This document shows positions 1 through 11,645 of a stretch of DNA of 64,000 nucleotides, piece by piece. Position 1 is the first letter of the stretch. Each line of letters opens with the position of its first letter. The position numbers were made by a program, and so were the translations under genes. The stretch is from Vitrella brassicaformis CCMP3155 (taxonomy: Eukaryota > Protista > Chromerida). The stretch covers positions 1 through 64,000 of the forward strand of contig CDMY01000252.1 of assembly GCA_001179505.1 (NCBI GenBank), in the 5' to 3' direction. The notes below the pieces were generated by a model. The model saw only the letters and a program-made list of their open reading frames with translations. It searched no databases and had not been told where the DNA came from.

Positions 1-315
1 CTCGCCGTCTGCATCAGAGTCGTCTCCCGTCCTGAGTCCTTGATCTCGTCGCCGCCACAGAGACGCTCTCGCCGACCGTTGGATCACTCTCGCCGCTGAG
101 TCCTCATTCATCTCCACTGGGGTCAACGCACAGCCCACCCGAGGGCGAAGCACGAGGGTGCATACTTTTGGCAGACGCTGCAGATGATGATGAGGGTACG
201 AAACCCTCGAAGCTAAGCCGAGCAGGAGTATTTGGCGTCATACCGCAACGATCGTCCCTCTCGTGCTGTAGATCCAACGGCTGCTGTTTCATCGCCTTGT
301 TCCATTCGTCAGATC

Positions 316-1316
316 ATGGCAAAGCTGCAGTTTCGTGATCGCCGCATTCATCTGCTGCCCCGCACCATCCTTAAGGATGGCGCCTGCATCCACCGACACG
401 GCTCAACACGGGGCATCCTTCTCACCAAGTTGGATCTCAAGAGGGTCGTGGTCAAGACGGAGCTCCTGCCCTTCCCTGCGCCCATCTGCTGGTCGGTCAG
501 ACGGCAAACTGATTGAGGAAAGGAGGCAGAATCATCATGCCCGCCTTGTCTGTCTGTGTGTCTGTGCCTGCTCGTGTGTGTGGCGTGTGCAGGTCAGCTG
601 TGGCTGCCATTGAGACCTACGACCAATGGCTGCCATTCTGTTCGTCGTCCAGGATTGTGGGCAAGCGGCCGAGCGACGCCGAGAAGTTCGACTGTGTCAT
701 AGACATCTCCTTTACGGAGCTGGGTCTGCCCTTCAAGGAGAGCGTCAAACACCAAGTCACTGTCAAGGTGAGTGCGTGTGGGATCCACACGCACACACAC
801 ACATACCATGGCGTGTCCTTACTGCGGCTGTCAACTGTGTCTGGATGCGTGTGGCTGCATCAATGCATGCAGCCGTATTCGAGCGTGATAGCTACCGCCA
901 ACGAGACGGCCGTGAATGCCTCCTTCCTCGAATACGATTGGAGTTTCCGGCCCGTCAAGCTGACGCCCAAGCTGGCCCGCCTCTCCCACCTGGCCTCCCC
1001 CGCTTCGCACCCCAGCAGCAGTGAGCAGAGCGGGACGGAGGTGACGCTCAAGTCGGTAGTGGTCTTCCGCAGTATGCTGCACGTGCCCATCTGGGATGGT
1101 GTTGGGAACTATGTGGTAGAGGCGATGCTGCTGGCATTCCGGGAGCGCATGGAGCTGCTGACGCGGCACAACAACAGTGAGAATCGGAAGAGAGAGAGGG
1201 AGAGGGGGGAGGGCAGCCAGGGGGGAACAACACGGAAAGAGGGGGAGGGCAGCCAGAGGTCAGCAGGGGAGACGTCGGCATCGCCGTCGCCTGCAGGAAG
1301 GGAAGGGGGCAGCTAG
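316..1316 (+). CDS. COQ10: COQ10/RatA-like START-fold (polyketide cyclase-like) coenzyme Q-binding protein, 3 exons
   Basis: Splicing GT-AG introns 492-592 and 768-872 gives ...ELLPFPAPICWSAVAAIETYDQWLPFCSSSRIV...ISFTELGLPFKESVKHQVTVK-PYSSVIATA...YDWSFRP...VVFRSMLHVPIWDGVGNYVVEAMLLAFRER, matching the COQ10 pattern. Start ATG at 316 and the C-terminus are less certain. Confidence 0.75.
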
Positions 1317-1741
1317 CTTCTCTACTCAGGACAGGTAGGTTGCATGCTGGAAGTGCAAGCACATGTCAAGACTACCAGCGGGAGGAGAAGACCTTGGAAG
1401 ATGCGCTGGCCTTAGTACTGCTCGCGCACTTTCGTCTTCATCTTCAGCTCGAAGTATGGACACTTGCCACTCCTCTGGATGGATGGATGATGGATACAGC
1501 TGAGATGCAGGTCCATGGCTGTGGCTGCTGCCCATGTATCAGGACAGGCCATTGGTAGCAATTGCATCTGTTTCTCCGTGTACCTACCTGTACTTTTTCG
1601 TGGGGGCTGCGTGCGGTGGTGTGTGTATCATGACTGACACCTGTGTATATGTAGTGCAAGGACATTTCGGTTCCCTGGATGGAGGACGGATCCAAGGCCA
1701 ACTTTCAGTTCATTGTCCACGCTCACACATCCACACATCCG

Positions 1742-3844
1742 TCATTCATCATGCGTCTCCATCATGAACCCGCCACTTGCTCCATCAACCATCACCACAT
1801 CATCTTCCCTGAGATCGTCACTGTACTCGTATGGCGGTGCAGGTCCCGTCTCAGCGATGTAGGGCGGCTCCTGAGTGGGCAGGTGTGCCCACTGCTTCTT
1901 CAACTCGATGTAGGGCTCGCAGTACTGGTAGCACTCGGGCCGGTAGTACGGCAGCCACTCGTGCTTGTGCAAACCGTCACCCAACCAAGGCTTCCTCTTG
2001 CCTGCATTGTCCACACATACATGCAGCCCAGCCCCACACAACAAACACGATGATCAGGATAAGAGCTGTCTCCGTCTGCCTGTCTATCTGTCAGCTTACC
2101 GTTCCAGTGGAGCAATTTGCCGGTGGCGCATGACCTGTTGAGCCACTCGGTGTCCTCGCCACCCAGGTTCAAGACGTGCCACCTGGCGGGCAGCTCCTCC
2201 ACTAGCCGACGGCTGAACAAAATGTTCAGCGGGATCTGACTCGACTCGGCCGTCGACATGCCCGTGAACGTGGTCCCGTTGTGCTGCCGCAGCCACTGGA
2301 TGACAATCTCAGCGTCCTGCGTGAGGTTCTTGGCGCGCCACAGATCCAAGTTGGCCACAAACACACCAGCATTGAATATCCCTCTGGCATGGCAACGAAG
2401 GGACGAAAACAGGCAGATGACATGTCTGTGGTGCAAGTATGAGCCTGTTGAATCCGATGCCGAGAGCGGCGATGATGTCGTCAAAAGCGTGGGCCATCAA
2501 TCGACCGAACCTTGAAATTGCCCAGACAGCCAGACAACACATTGTGTAGTCGGTGCGCGTACATGTCTCTCCCTCTCTCTGTGATTTTGTGTGTTACTTC
2601 CATTTTTCCCCCGGTCTTCTCCTGGCTGCGATGAAGGGGTACTCTTCCACCTTCCGCCCGTTGGGCTTCTTGTGGATCAGCTTTTTCTGTGCATCCAAAG
2701 TCATATGTAACGCAGGAATGACATCCCCACGCCTTTTCTTCTTACCGTGAAGACAGATCGGTGGAGGTCGATGACGTCGCCCTTGACGATCGTGTCAACA
2801 TCGAAGTGAAGCGCCTATTATCCACACAGGCGAATAGAGCAACAATGCCCTTGCCGTGGTGTGCTGATGGTGACCAGCTGGAGGGCCCAACCTACCTTGT
2901 GTACGTGAGGCGGAAGGAGCTCAGTGAGGTAGAAGCGGACGTAGTTAAAGACGACCTGCATCTTGTCTCGAGACGCTGACGTCCCGGCGATGCTCACGTC
3001 GCTCGTGTTGATGCCGTGCAGGTCAATCGTGAAATCCTGATGGACAAATCAGCCACAGAGACACCCAAATGACTGGCACCCATCCCTCCGTTGTGTGACC
3101 GCGTACCTGGTCGAATTGGTGGCATTTGATGGCCTTGGCAAGGCAGTCTAGGTGCGTGTCGTTTCGCTCCACGAACGCGTGGACCACCACACGCGAGCGG
3201 TTCCTGCCGAAGACACCGAGGGCCCATACACACACATCTGTGCCTCCACAGACATGCACCCGTACCTGGTGTTGGTATGGATCGAGTTGATGCACGCCAA
3301 GAGCGGCTGACACAGACCACCACAAGGAAAAAAAGAACAAGAGCAGTGTGCCGATCTCTCACTGAGTCACCTTGTATTGCTGCCCGTCTGCCGGCAGCAC
3401 CACATGGACCATCTGCTCGGCGAGGAAGTCCGGCGACAGAGGGGCGGCCGTGGTGACACCCATGCTGGGACTCTGAGGCCGCAGATGAGCAGGCCCCGGT
3501 GTCCTTCCTGGACGGGCCTGCTGAGCCAACGGCACATCGGCCATTTTGCGGGCAGGCGCACGGTGGCTTTGAAGGATCCGTTGCTGACGGTGGTCGCGTG
3601 GATAGTGATCTGCATTGGGAAACGAGGGTGCGAACGGGGTGTTTGCTGGTCCAGATCTTTGCTGCTGACCTTTGATGCCCGTGAGTGCGATGTGGTCGCG
3701 GTGCTCGTGTCGTTGGTGCAGCTGCAGCCGCCAGAATGTCCATGTGTTGATGCAGGCCACAACAAACGCCGACACCACAACTGATGGACGAAACGCAGTG
3801 CGGATGGAAACAACTCTTCTTTTGTGCTCATTGCGGCTCACCAA
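1742..3844 (-). CDS. Glycosyltransferase family 8 (GT8) type II membrane protein, multi-exon
   Basis: N-terminal hydrophobic anchor (VVVSAFVVACINTWTFW), VHVVLPADG, NYVRFYLTELLP, FNAGVFVANLDLWR, SQIPLNILF, WHVLNLG, KLLHWNG-KRKPW are GT8 motifs. The true start codon is unresolved; the first ORF opens on TTG. Confidence 0.8.
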
Positions 3845-4399
3845 GGAGGACGCAGTGCTTCCGGACCATCAGGTGACATCAGATCTTTTAGGATCGCCGT
3901 GCGAGCTATGAAAAATCGGGCAATGCCGGCGATAGAACGCGCGGGTGGAGGGCCTGGTTTGAGGGCTGAAAGGTTGTGCTTCGTACGGGGAGGCCAGGTG
4001 AGGGCTGCAGACAGGGACGGATATCGATGCTGTGAGATGGCATGGACCATCTTCAGCTTTGCAATGCAGATCCACTCATGCATTCATTGGCGAGTTGTAG
4101 CTGATTAAGCCACGGGACCGACACAGCTGCTTCAGCACATCCACAGGCAAGAAACCGACCATCAGAACGCGTGGATGCATTCGCCGTACATGGTGTGTAT
4201 GCATCACGAAGGTTGCATACTGCATCGATGCCATTGCCCGCCTCTCATTGGCCTCTTGTCATCTGTAACGTCGCGCCAAAGGTCAGTCCACGGCCACAAG
4301 ACCGCCAGGAATCGCATTCGTTGTGTGTGTGCGTGTGCGTGTGTATTTGTGGCGGTGCAGGTGTAGGCGTCTGTGCGGCCTGCCTCTGGTACCTGGGAG

Positions 4400-7249
4400 A
4401 TGATGGAGGACCTACTGGGGACCTTCACTGCCAGCGGCAGCGCCAGTCTGTTCTCGACCGTCCCTCCCTCCGCATCCGCAGACCCAGCACCGTCCCCATC
4501 TCACGAGGAGTACATGCAGAGGTGCATCCTGGAAGACACCGACACGGGCGGCGGCGAGTGGCTCGGCACAAGCACAGAGGGATTGCCATCGTCCCCTGCT
4601 GCTGCTGGTCGTGGTGGTGGTGCTGCTGCTGGGCTACTCTCCACCGGGCCTGACAGACAGGTATGCCAGCGGGTGCTTTCCGTCGCATCATGTGTGTGTA
4701 TCGTGTGTGCAGAGGTGGCATCCGATGGGCGACTGGTTCATCCGCAACACCGCCGAAAACAAATCGACCAAAGAGGTGAATGACTGAATGGCAAACAATC
4801 GACAGCACGCGCCTTTCGGCTCTCACCTTTCCTTGATGCATGCGTGTAGGACACCGACTCGGATAACAGGCTTTGGTGGATTGAGGGTTGGCGGCGGGGC
4901 GGTGCAAATGGAGGAGATGGGTGGCTGTCGCAGACCACATTGAACCAGACCGACACCCGCCCCACATCAAACAACACCGACACCGCCCGCGAGGTGGCCC
5001 CGTTCGTCTCGCAGGGCGTGCTCAACGGCACCACCACGGCCGGCGCTTCCCCCCCGCCCCCACCCCCACCCCCACCCCCACCTCGATCCACCGAGCAAGA
5101 TATGAACATCGGCGACGGTGGCGATGCGGGCATGGGGATGGACGCATTTGAGTACTCACTCAACCTGACCGAGCAGGACTCGTTGTCGATGACCATGGAG
5201 GACATCGCTGCGCAGACCCTGCGCATGACGCAGCGTGCCGACGAGCAGCGCTTGGGCACGACCGTCACATCTAGCGGCGGCAGGGGTCCTCCCTCCCTAC
5301 TCGAGCAGAAGTTTCCCCACTTGTTCAGGGCGGATGGCATGGCCTTCCTCAACCACACGCACACACACGGCGGGACGGCCGGGGAGTCCCCTCCTCTTCC
5401 CGTCCGTCGACCCCACCCAAAGGCCATGGTCGACACTGGACGTGCTGCAGTAAGCCGCCACCAGACCGCCCACAGCGCCGATGTGGGTGTCGGAACTGGG
5501 GACGAGGAGGGTGTGGGTGCGGGAGGGCCGATGAGTCATGCCGAGATGATGAAGAAGATCCAGTCGCTGGAGGAGCAGCTGGAGGCCAAAAACGTGCAGC
5601 TCAAGGAACTGCAGGAAAAGGTACGCTTTTGACACGCGAAGAAAGACGCAGTCGCTCACCCACAGTGCACATGCATCTGTCTGTGCTGTGTGTCTTGATG
5701 CAGCAGCTCCTGCACCAACGGGCCACATTGGATGGTTCCTCTGCTTCTCCGGCCAGTAGTACTGCTGCTGCCGCCTCAATGATGCTCTCTTCGCCCGCTC
5801 CAACTGCTGGTGGTCACGCGGCTCGCCCACCCACACCACCCCCGCCCCCTCCCCCGCCCCCGTCAGACTCACCCGGCAAGGACGGCCCGTCCGTTCTCGC
5901 TGGTGCTGCGAACGGCATCAATAGCGAGTCCAATCTGAGGAAGGACCCATCGTCAGCTGCGCAGACCAACACGCAGGCGAGACTGGAGCGGCTCACCCCG
6001 CCGCCCCCGCCCCCGCCTCCCGAGGCACAGATCCTGCAGCAGCTCAGGGCCGCAAAGACGAACGCGTCCAGTCTCCACCGCCGCATCAATAAGGCACTCT
6101 CTCTCATCGAAGGAGCCGAGAAGAAGGGCACCGTGAAGCTGGCGGGGGAGAGCACCACCAGCTCATGCAGCCGCTTAGCTGCGGCGGACCTCGCGCGTCT
6201 CGTACGCTCAATCCATGGCGCCCTCAGACACCCCTCGCCGGTGGGCTGGATACACACGCAATGCCTCGATGTATTGGATGAGTGGTGCAAACGTGCGGTT
6301 GGTTGGGGTCTGTGTGTGTTTCACCTTTGTACTCAGTGTGTTCCCACACGGACAGTCTTCACACAGACCAGATTATCACCGCCGCTCAAGACCGCCAGTG
6401 TCGACTCGCGCCAGTCAATGGTACGTGCAAACAAGAAGGCAGGAGACAGCGAGCAATCCTTGTACGACCGGTCGATTGCACCATTATTGAGCCGCGATGG
6501 ATCGATCGGTTGTCTCTGTGTGTGTCTCTCATTGCCTCAGGCTGGCGACCGTCGCCCCACCACCCAGCAGCCGGCCCCGTCACGCCCAGCCATTCCACAG
6601 GCCAGCTCATCACCGCCGCCCGTCAACACAACCACTGTCGACTCGACCGCCGCTGTACCGTCCTCAACGGCACTGCAGCCGACAAACACATCAAAGGTAA
6701 GAACAAACAAGAGGAACAGCCAGCCAGCAATCTTCATACGATCGGTCAATGGCACCCACCGTCTCTCACAGGTCGTGTTTGAGTGCAAGTGTGTGCGGAC
6801 GAGGCCTGGCGATGAGCTTTGCGTCGCCGGCGGCGTCAGTGAGCTCGGCGATTGGGATGTGGATAGGGCGGTACGGATGGACGGCTACAACTTCCCCATC
6901 TGGAGCAGCGGAGAACTCAGCCTGCCGTCGTTGCGTGTGATAGAATTCAAGTACGTGCTCCGTAGGGCAGACGGCGGGAAGGAATGGGAGACATTCGACG
7001 GTACGTAAGACACACACGGAAAGATGCGGAAAGAGTGTATGATGGCATTACTCGACGCTTCTGTTGGTGCTGGATGGGTGCCCAGGCAATCGCGAGGTCA
7101 CTCTGTCCAACCAGGACGAGCCCACCACCATCAAATCGGAGTTCGGTGAGTGAGCTGCCTCGACGTGTGCAGTTTCCATTTCGGAGTTTGCAAGAATGTC
7201 GATGCTACGGGAGAGGATGAGGGCTGCCAAGGCTGCCCAGAAGCACTAG
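4400..7249 (+). CDS. Pro/Ser-rich protein with a short coiled coil and a C-terminal CBM20 starch-binding domain
   Basis: Exon at ~6772-7000 encodes VVFECKCVRTRPGDELCVAGGVSELGDWDVDRAVRM...FPIWS...IEFKYVLRRADGGKEWE, the CBM20 signature. Upstream exons are low-complexity. Final exons splice in frame to TAG at 7247-7249. Confidence 0.75.
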
Positions 7250-7491
7250 CTAGATGGGGGGAGGGAGGGGAGGGAGCGTGTGGTGCGTCCATACACACAT
7301 CTGATACATGTTTGAGCCTGCAACAAACACAGATATAGACTGACATGACTCTGACTGACGTGAATGCATATGACACACTCACATCTGTCTCATAAACAAA
7401 GCTATTCACCACACACAAAAGGAACGCAACCTCTGAACAAAGCGATCCGAGCTGCGTAAACTTGCCGTTTGGACGAACGGTTGAGAGGTCG

Positions 7492-10160
7492 ATGATGCAA
7501 TTTTTGCTTCGTGGTCTGTTTTTCGCACTCCTTGCGTCTGCTGATGCGCAGACGGGAGGTGAGGAACACACACACTCAGAGGAGAGATGGACAGATGCTG
7601 ACTGACCTTCGTGTCGTGTGGCGTTCAGATGTACAGTACGGCGGCGTCACGAAGCTTGCGGCCCAGCAGACCCGGGATGCCCTTGAGAGGGGCAAAAAGA
7701 GTCCCATCGACAGCACTTTGCGCGCCCTCGGCCAGACCACCCGCAAGGGTGCTGAGCTGTCGGCCTTCATCCCCTCCTCCCTGCACCCGGCCACAAGCGA
7801 CTCCCTCGTCATGCGTGTCCAGGACGGCCGCGTCCTCATCGACGCCGTCGCCAAACACGACGTCACGAGCTCACTCGAGAAGGAGATGAGGGAGGTCGGG
7901 CTCGAGAACGTCACCGCATTCGGCAAGTACGTGTCTGGCTGGCTCCCTGTCGGCTCAATCGCCCGGCTGGAGAGGCTGTCATCGCTCCACTTTGTCGGCC
8001 CCGCGGCTGCCATGACAATGGCAGAGCTGTCATTGCGATTGGAGGGGTTCAATACGGACAGAGCCGCGCAGCAGCAGGGGAGGTTGCGCGGGGCAGCGGC
8101 GAGTGAGAGCGATAACAATCTGGTGGCAGAGTCACAGAAGGGCAAGGTGATGAGCCAGGCGCACCACGCCATGCGGACCGACGTGCTGATGAACAAGCAT
8201 GGTCTGAACGGCATGGGCGTCAACATAGGCATCCTCTCGGACAGCTACGACAACTTCAATCCCGCCAGCGGCTCCCCGCGGACCAGTGCCAAGAAGGACA
8301 TTGCCAACCACGACCTCCCTCCGGATGTCAAGATCTTGGCAGAGGGGCCCAAGGGCATCGATGAGGGCCGCGCCATGATGAACCTCATCTACGACGTGGC
8401 GCCCAAGGCCAAGCAGATCTTCCACACGGCCTTCAACGGCGTGGCGTCGTTTGCGTCAGGCATCAAGAAGCTGCAGGAGGCCGGTGCGGACATCATCGTC
8501 GATGACGTCATCTACTTTGCTGGTGCGACACTCACGGGCCAGTGACCATCTCTCTCTCTCTCTCTCTCTCTCCCTCCCCCCTGACGCGTGTGTCATGTGT
8601 GCAGAGCCCATGTACCAGGACGGCGTGATTGCTCAGGCAGTGGATGACGTCAAAAGCAAAGGCGTGGCCTACTTCTCCAGTGCGGGCAACAACGGCCGGT
8701 CGGCATATGAGTCGGCCTTCCGCAAGAGCGGCAAGAAGGGCTTCGCCGGCCATCGCCACGACTTCGACCCGAGCGACGACAAGGTGGTCGACCTGCAGCG
8801 CGTCAAGATCCCCGAGGGCAGCCGCGTGCTGGGCGTCTTCCAGTGGGTGGACCCCTTCTACTCGGTCAGCAACAAGGAGAACGGGGGCGCCAAGACCGAC
8901 ATCGACGTGGTCATGTACAACGCGGCCGGCCAGCGCGTGTCGTTCGGCGGTGTCAATGGCAACAAGGGGGGCGACCCGGTGGAAATATTTGAGTACTTCA
9001 ACGACGGCACGGTCGATGCCGACGGCAAGAAGGGGCCCGACAGCATCTTCTACCTCGGCATCGAGCTCTTCGAGGGCCCGCCTCCTCCGGCCATGAAGTA
9101 CATCCTCTTCTCGTCCTCTGGCGTCGATGTCTTGGATTTCTACACCCACTCGGGCACCGTCTACGGCCACGCCAACGCCATGGGGGCGTGTGCCGTGGGG
9201 GCGGTCTTCTACAATGACACGCCACCCTACTCCTCCAACCCGCTGAAAATCGAAAAATTCTCCTCCGCAGGACCACAGCACATCTTCTTCAGGAGCGATG
9301 GCAGCAGGCTCAAGGAATTCCAATACCGGGCCAAACCTGATGTTGTCGGACCGGTAGGTCATCAGGCGATACAGCAGCGATGGGCGCTTCTCTGATTGAC
9401 ATGTGTGGTGTGTGTGTGTGCATTGTGTGTGTGTGTGTGCATTGTGTGTGTCTCAGGATGGCACCAACACGCCATTCTTCATCGAGGGCATGGACCCTGA
9501 GAAGGACGGAAACCCAAACGTGAGAAGACAGACCAGCGCCTCCCTATATGTTATGTGTGTATGTGCAACCCGTGTATGTCTCACGCATCCCTTCTGAACA
9601 GTTCTTCGGCACGTCAGCAGCGGCGCCCAACGTGGCAGCGGCGGCATCTTTGCTGCTGCAGGCCCACCCCAAGCTAGCGCCGGGTCAGGTGTACGAGGCC
9701 TTCAAGCAGTCGGCCACCGACATGAACGACCCCAACACAAAGACGCAAGACAAGGGATTCGACCACGGGACGGGATTCGGACTCGTCAACGCCGAGAAGG
9801 CACTCATCCATATCAGAACCAGTAACCGACCGACCGACTTAAGGCGTACTTGTGTCTGTCTCAACTTGTGTGTACTGTGCTGTCTCTGGTGCAGAGATAT
9901 TGCCTCAGGGCCCTGGCAGGAAACAGCCGCCGGGCAAGGGAGGGAAAGGCGACCCACCGAAGAAGAAGCAGGAGCCGAAGCCTGTGGCCCCCCCACCCAA
10001 GAGGCGGCCAGGTGGCGAACAACCGCCACACCATCCGGGCGGCCCTCCAGCACACAAACCTGACGGGCCACGGCAGCACCAGCAGCAGAAGAAGCAGTTG
10101 CAGGCGGGAAGCATGGAGGTGGATTCGACAGTGGACGATGCGATGCTGGCCAGCACATAA
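7492..10160 (+). CDS. Secreted subtilisin-like (S8) protease of bacterial type, Glu at the catalytic His position, Pro-rich C-terminal tail
   Basis: Signal peptide MMQFLLRGLFFALLASADA, GVNIGILSDS (Asp 8240), DEGRAMMNLIYDVAP (Glu 8363), oxyanion SSAGN, FFGTSAAAPNVAA (Ser 9614), GFGLVNA. Confidence 0.88.
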
Positions 10161-11645
10161 ATAGGGGCTGGGGGGCGTTGTGTCGGTCGCTCGTGGGTGG
10201 TGGGTTGTTTGTAGTGGGTATGTACCTGTGTATGGTATGTTGGTTGATACGGTAGTTTGTGTGTGTATGGATGGACATTTTCAACGACCAGGGAGGGAGG
10301 GAGGGAGGGACACATACAGGATGGCTCAGATAGAAGCCTCCCAGGGTGGTTTTGCCTTCGTGTGCGCGTGTCTATATATAGGTATGCTGTCTGTGAGTCC
10401 AGTGCCCTCTGTCTCTGTCTCTCTTTCTAGTACCGACCTACCCATCGTATTTATGTGACCGCGATGCGGCTGCATGGCGAGGCATGATGGATATCCATCC
10501 ATCTATCCATGTTTGTTTTTGGATATGTTGTTTGCAAGACAAGACAGGCTGGCGCTTTTGGACTCCATATACCACACCACACCCAGCCGACGACAGCTCA
10601 GCTGGCAGCCAAGTGCAGTGCTATCACGTGCACACAATAGTAGCTAGCGGCCACGCAAAGGAGCTCTCAATTTTAGCTCTGCCCCTGCTTCGTATTATCT
10701 GTCTGTCTGCCTGCCTACAGCTGCCTGCCTGTGTGTGTGTGTGTGTGTTCGCACAAGTGTGGCATGCCCCCATGCGTTCATTGCGGGGCTCTCTACTGGT
10801 GTGCGTGGTGCGTCGGGTGCGTGGTGGCTGAGGGGTGCGTGTCTGTGTTGTATGTGTGTGTCTGTAGGTGTGCGGGGTCTCGCAGGCCTCTGTCCTCGGT
10901 CTGTCTGTCTGTCTGTTGGTATGTATCTGTCTATCTCTCTCGCAGTGACTCTTTGTCGCGTCCATCCATCAGTGAGTGCGTCGTGTGATGAGCTGCAGCA
11001 TACCCCATGAGTAGATACAGATATTTAGACGGTCATGTGAAAGAATGGAATGCCATCCGTCCCACCATCCACACACGCACAAGCAAATACCATCCATCCA
11101 TCTGTCCATCTGTCTCCCAGCGCACAGCACCCTCCCTGTGGCATCACACAGGAACACAGAACAGCTCTCTTCAGCTACGCAGTACAACTGCAACAATTCA
11201 ATGATCTCACCACCACCTGATGGACAAACAATGGCGCAGAAGCTCAGCTCACGAATGTCCATTTGGCTCTGTGCTCGGTGACCGTCTCAGTCGAGAGAAA
11301 GGAAGATGTCCCAGCGGCAACTGGCCAGTCAAGTGCAAAGGACCTCTCTGCCCTACACTGCTGATTCTCGTCGTCCTCAGTGGCGTACAAACAGCAGCGA
11401 AGGACCAGCGGGTGGAGAGAGCGAGATGTTGAAGTGCCTGTTTATGCCTGTTGCTTCACCTGTTATCAACCAGCGCATCCTCGAAGGCTCTCCATCTCTG
11501 CAAACACACACACACATCACCAGCACAGTGACGCGCGACAGGACGGCCAGTGCGACTTTCGGATCCTGTGAAACCATTTTCGGCGGAACAAATCTTCGAG
11601 GAAGGATATTTGACGTAGTTCAGGTCAAGACGAAGCCATTTCACC

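Noticed and set aside
4738-9362. Long antisense ORFs over the CBM20 and subtilase genes (and similar ones elsewhere)
   Set aside because: Shadow frames produced by high GC3 of the real genes
10484-11400. Short ORFs between the subtilase and the transporter
   Set aside because: Dominated by GT/CA/GGAT microsatellites; no coding bias or motif
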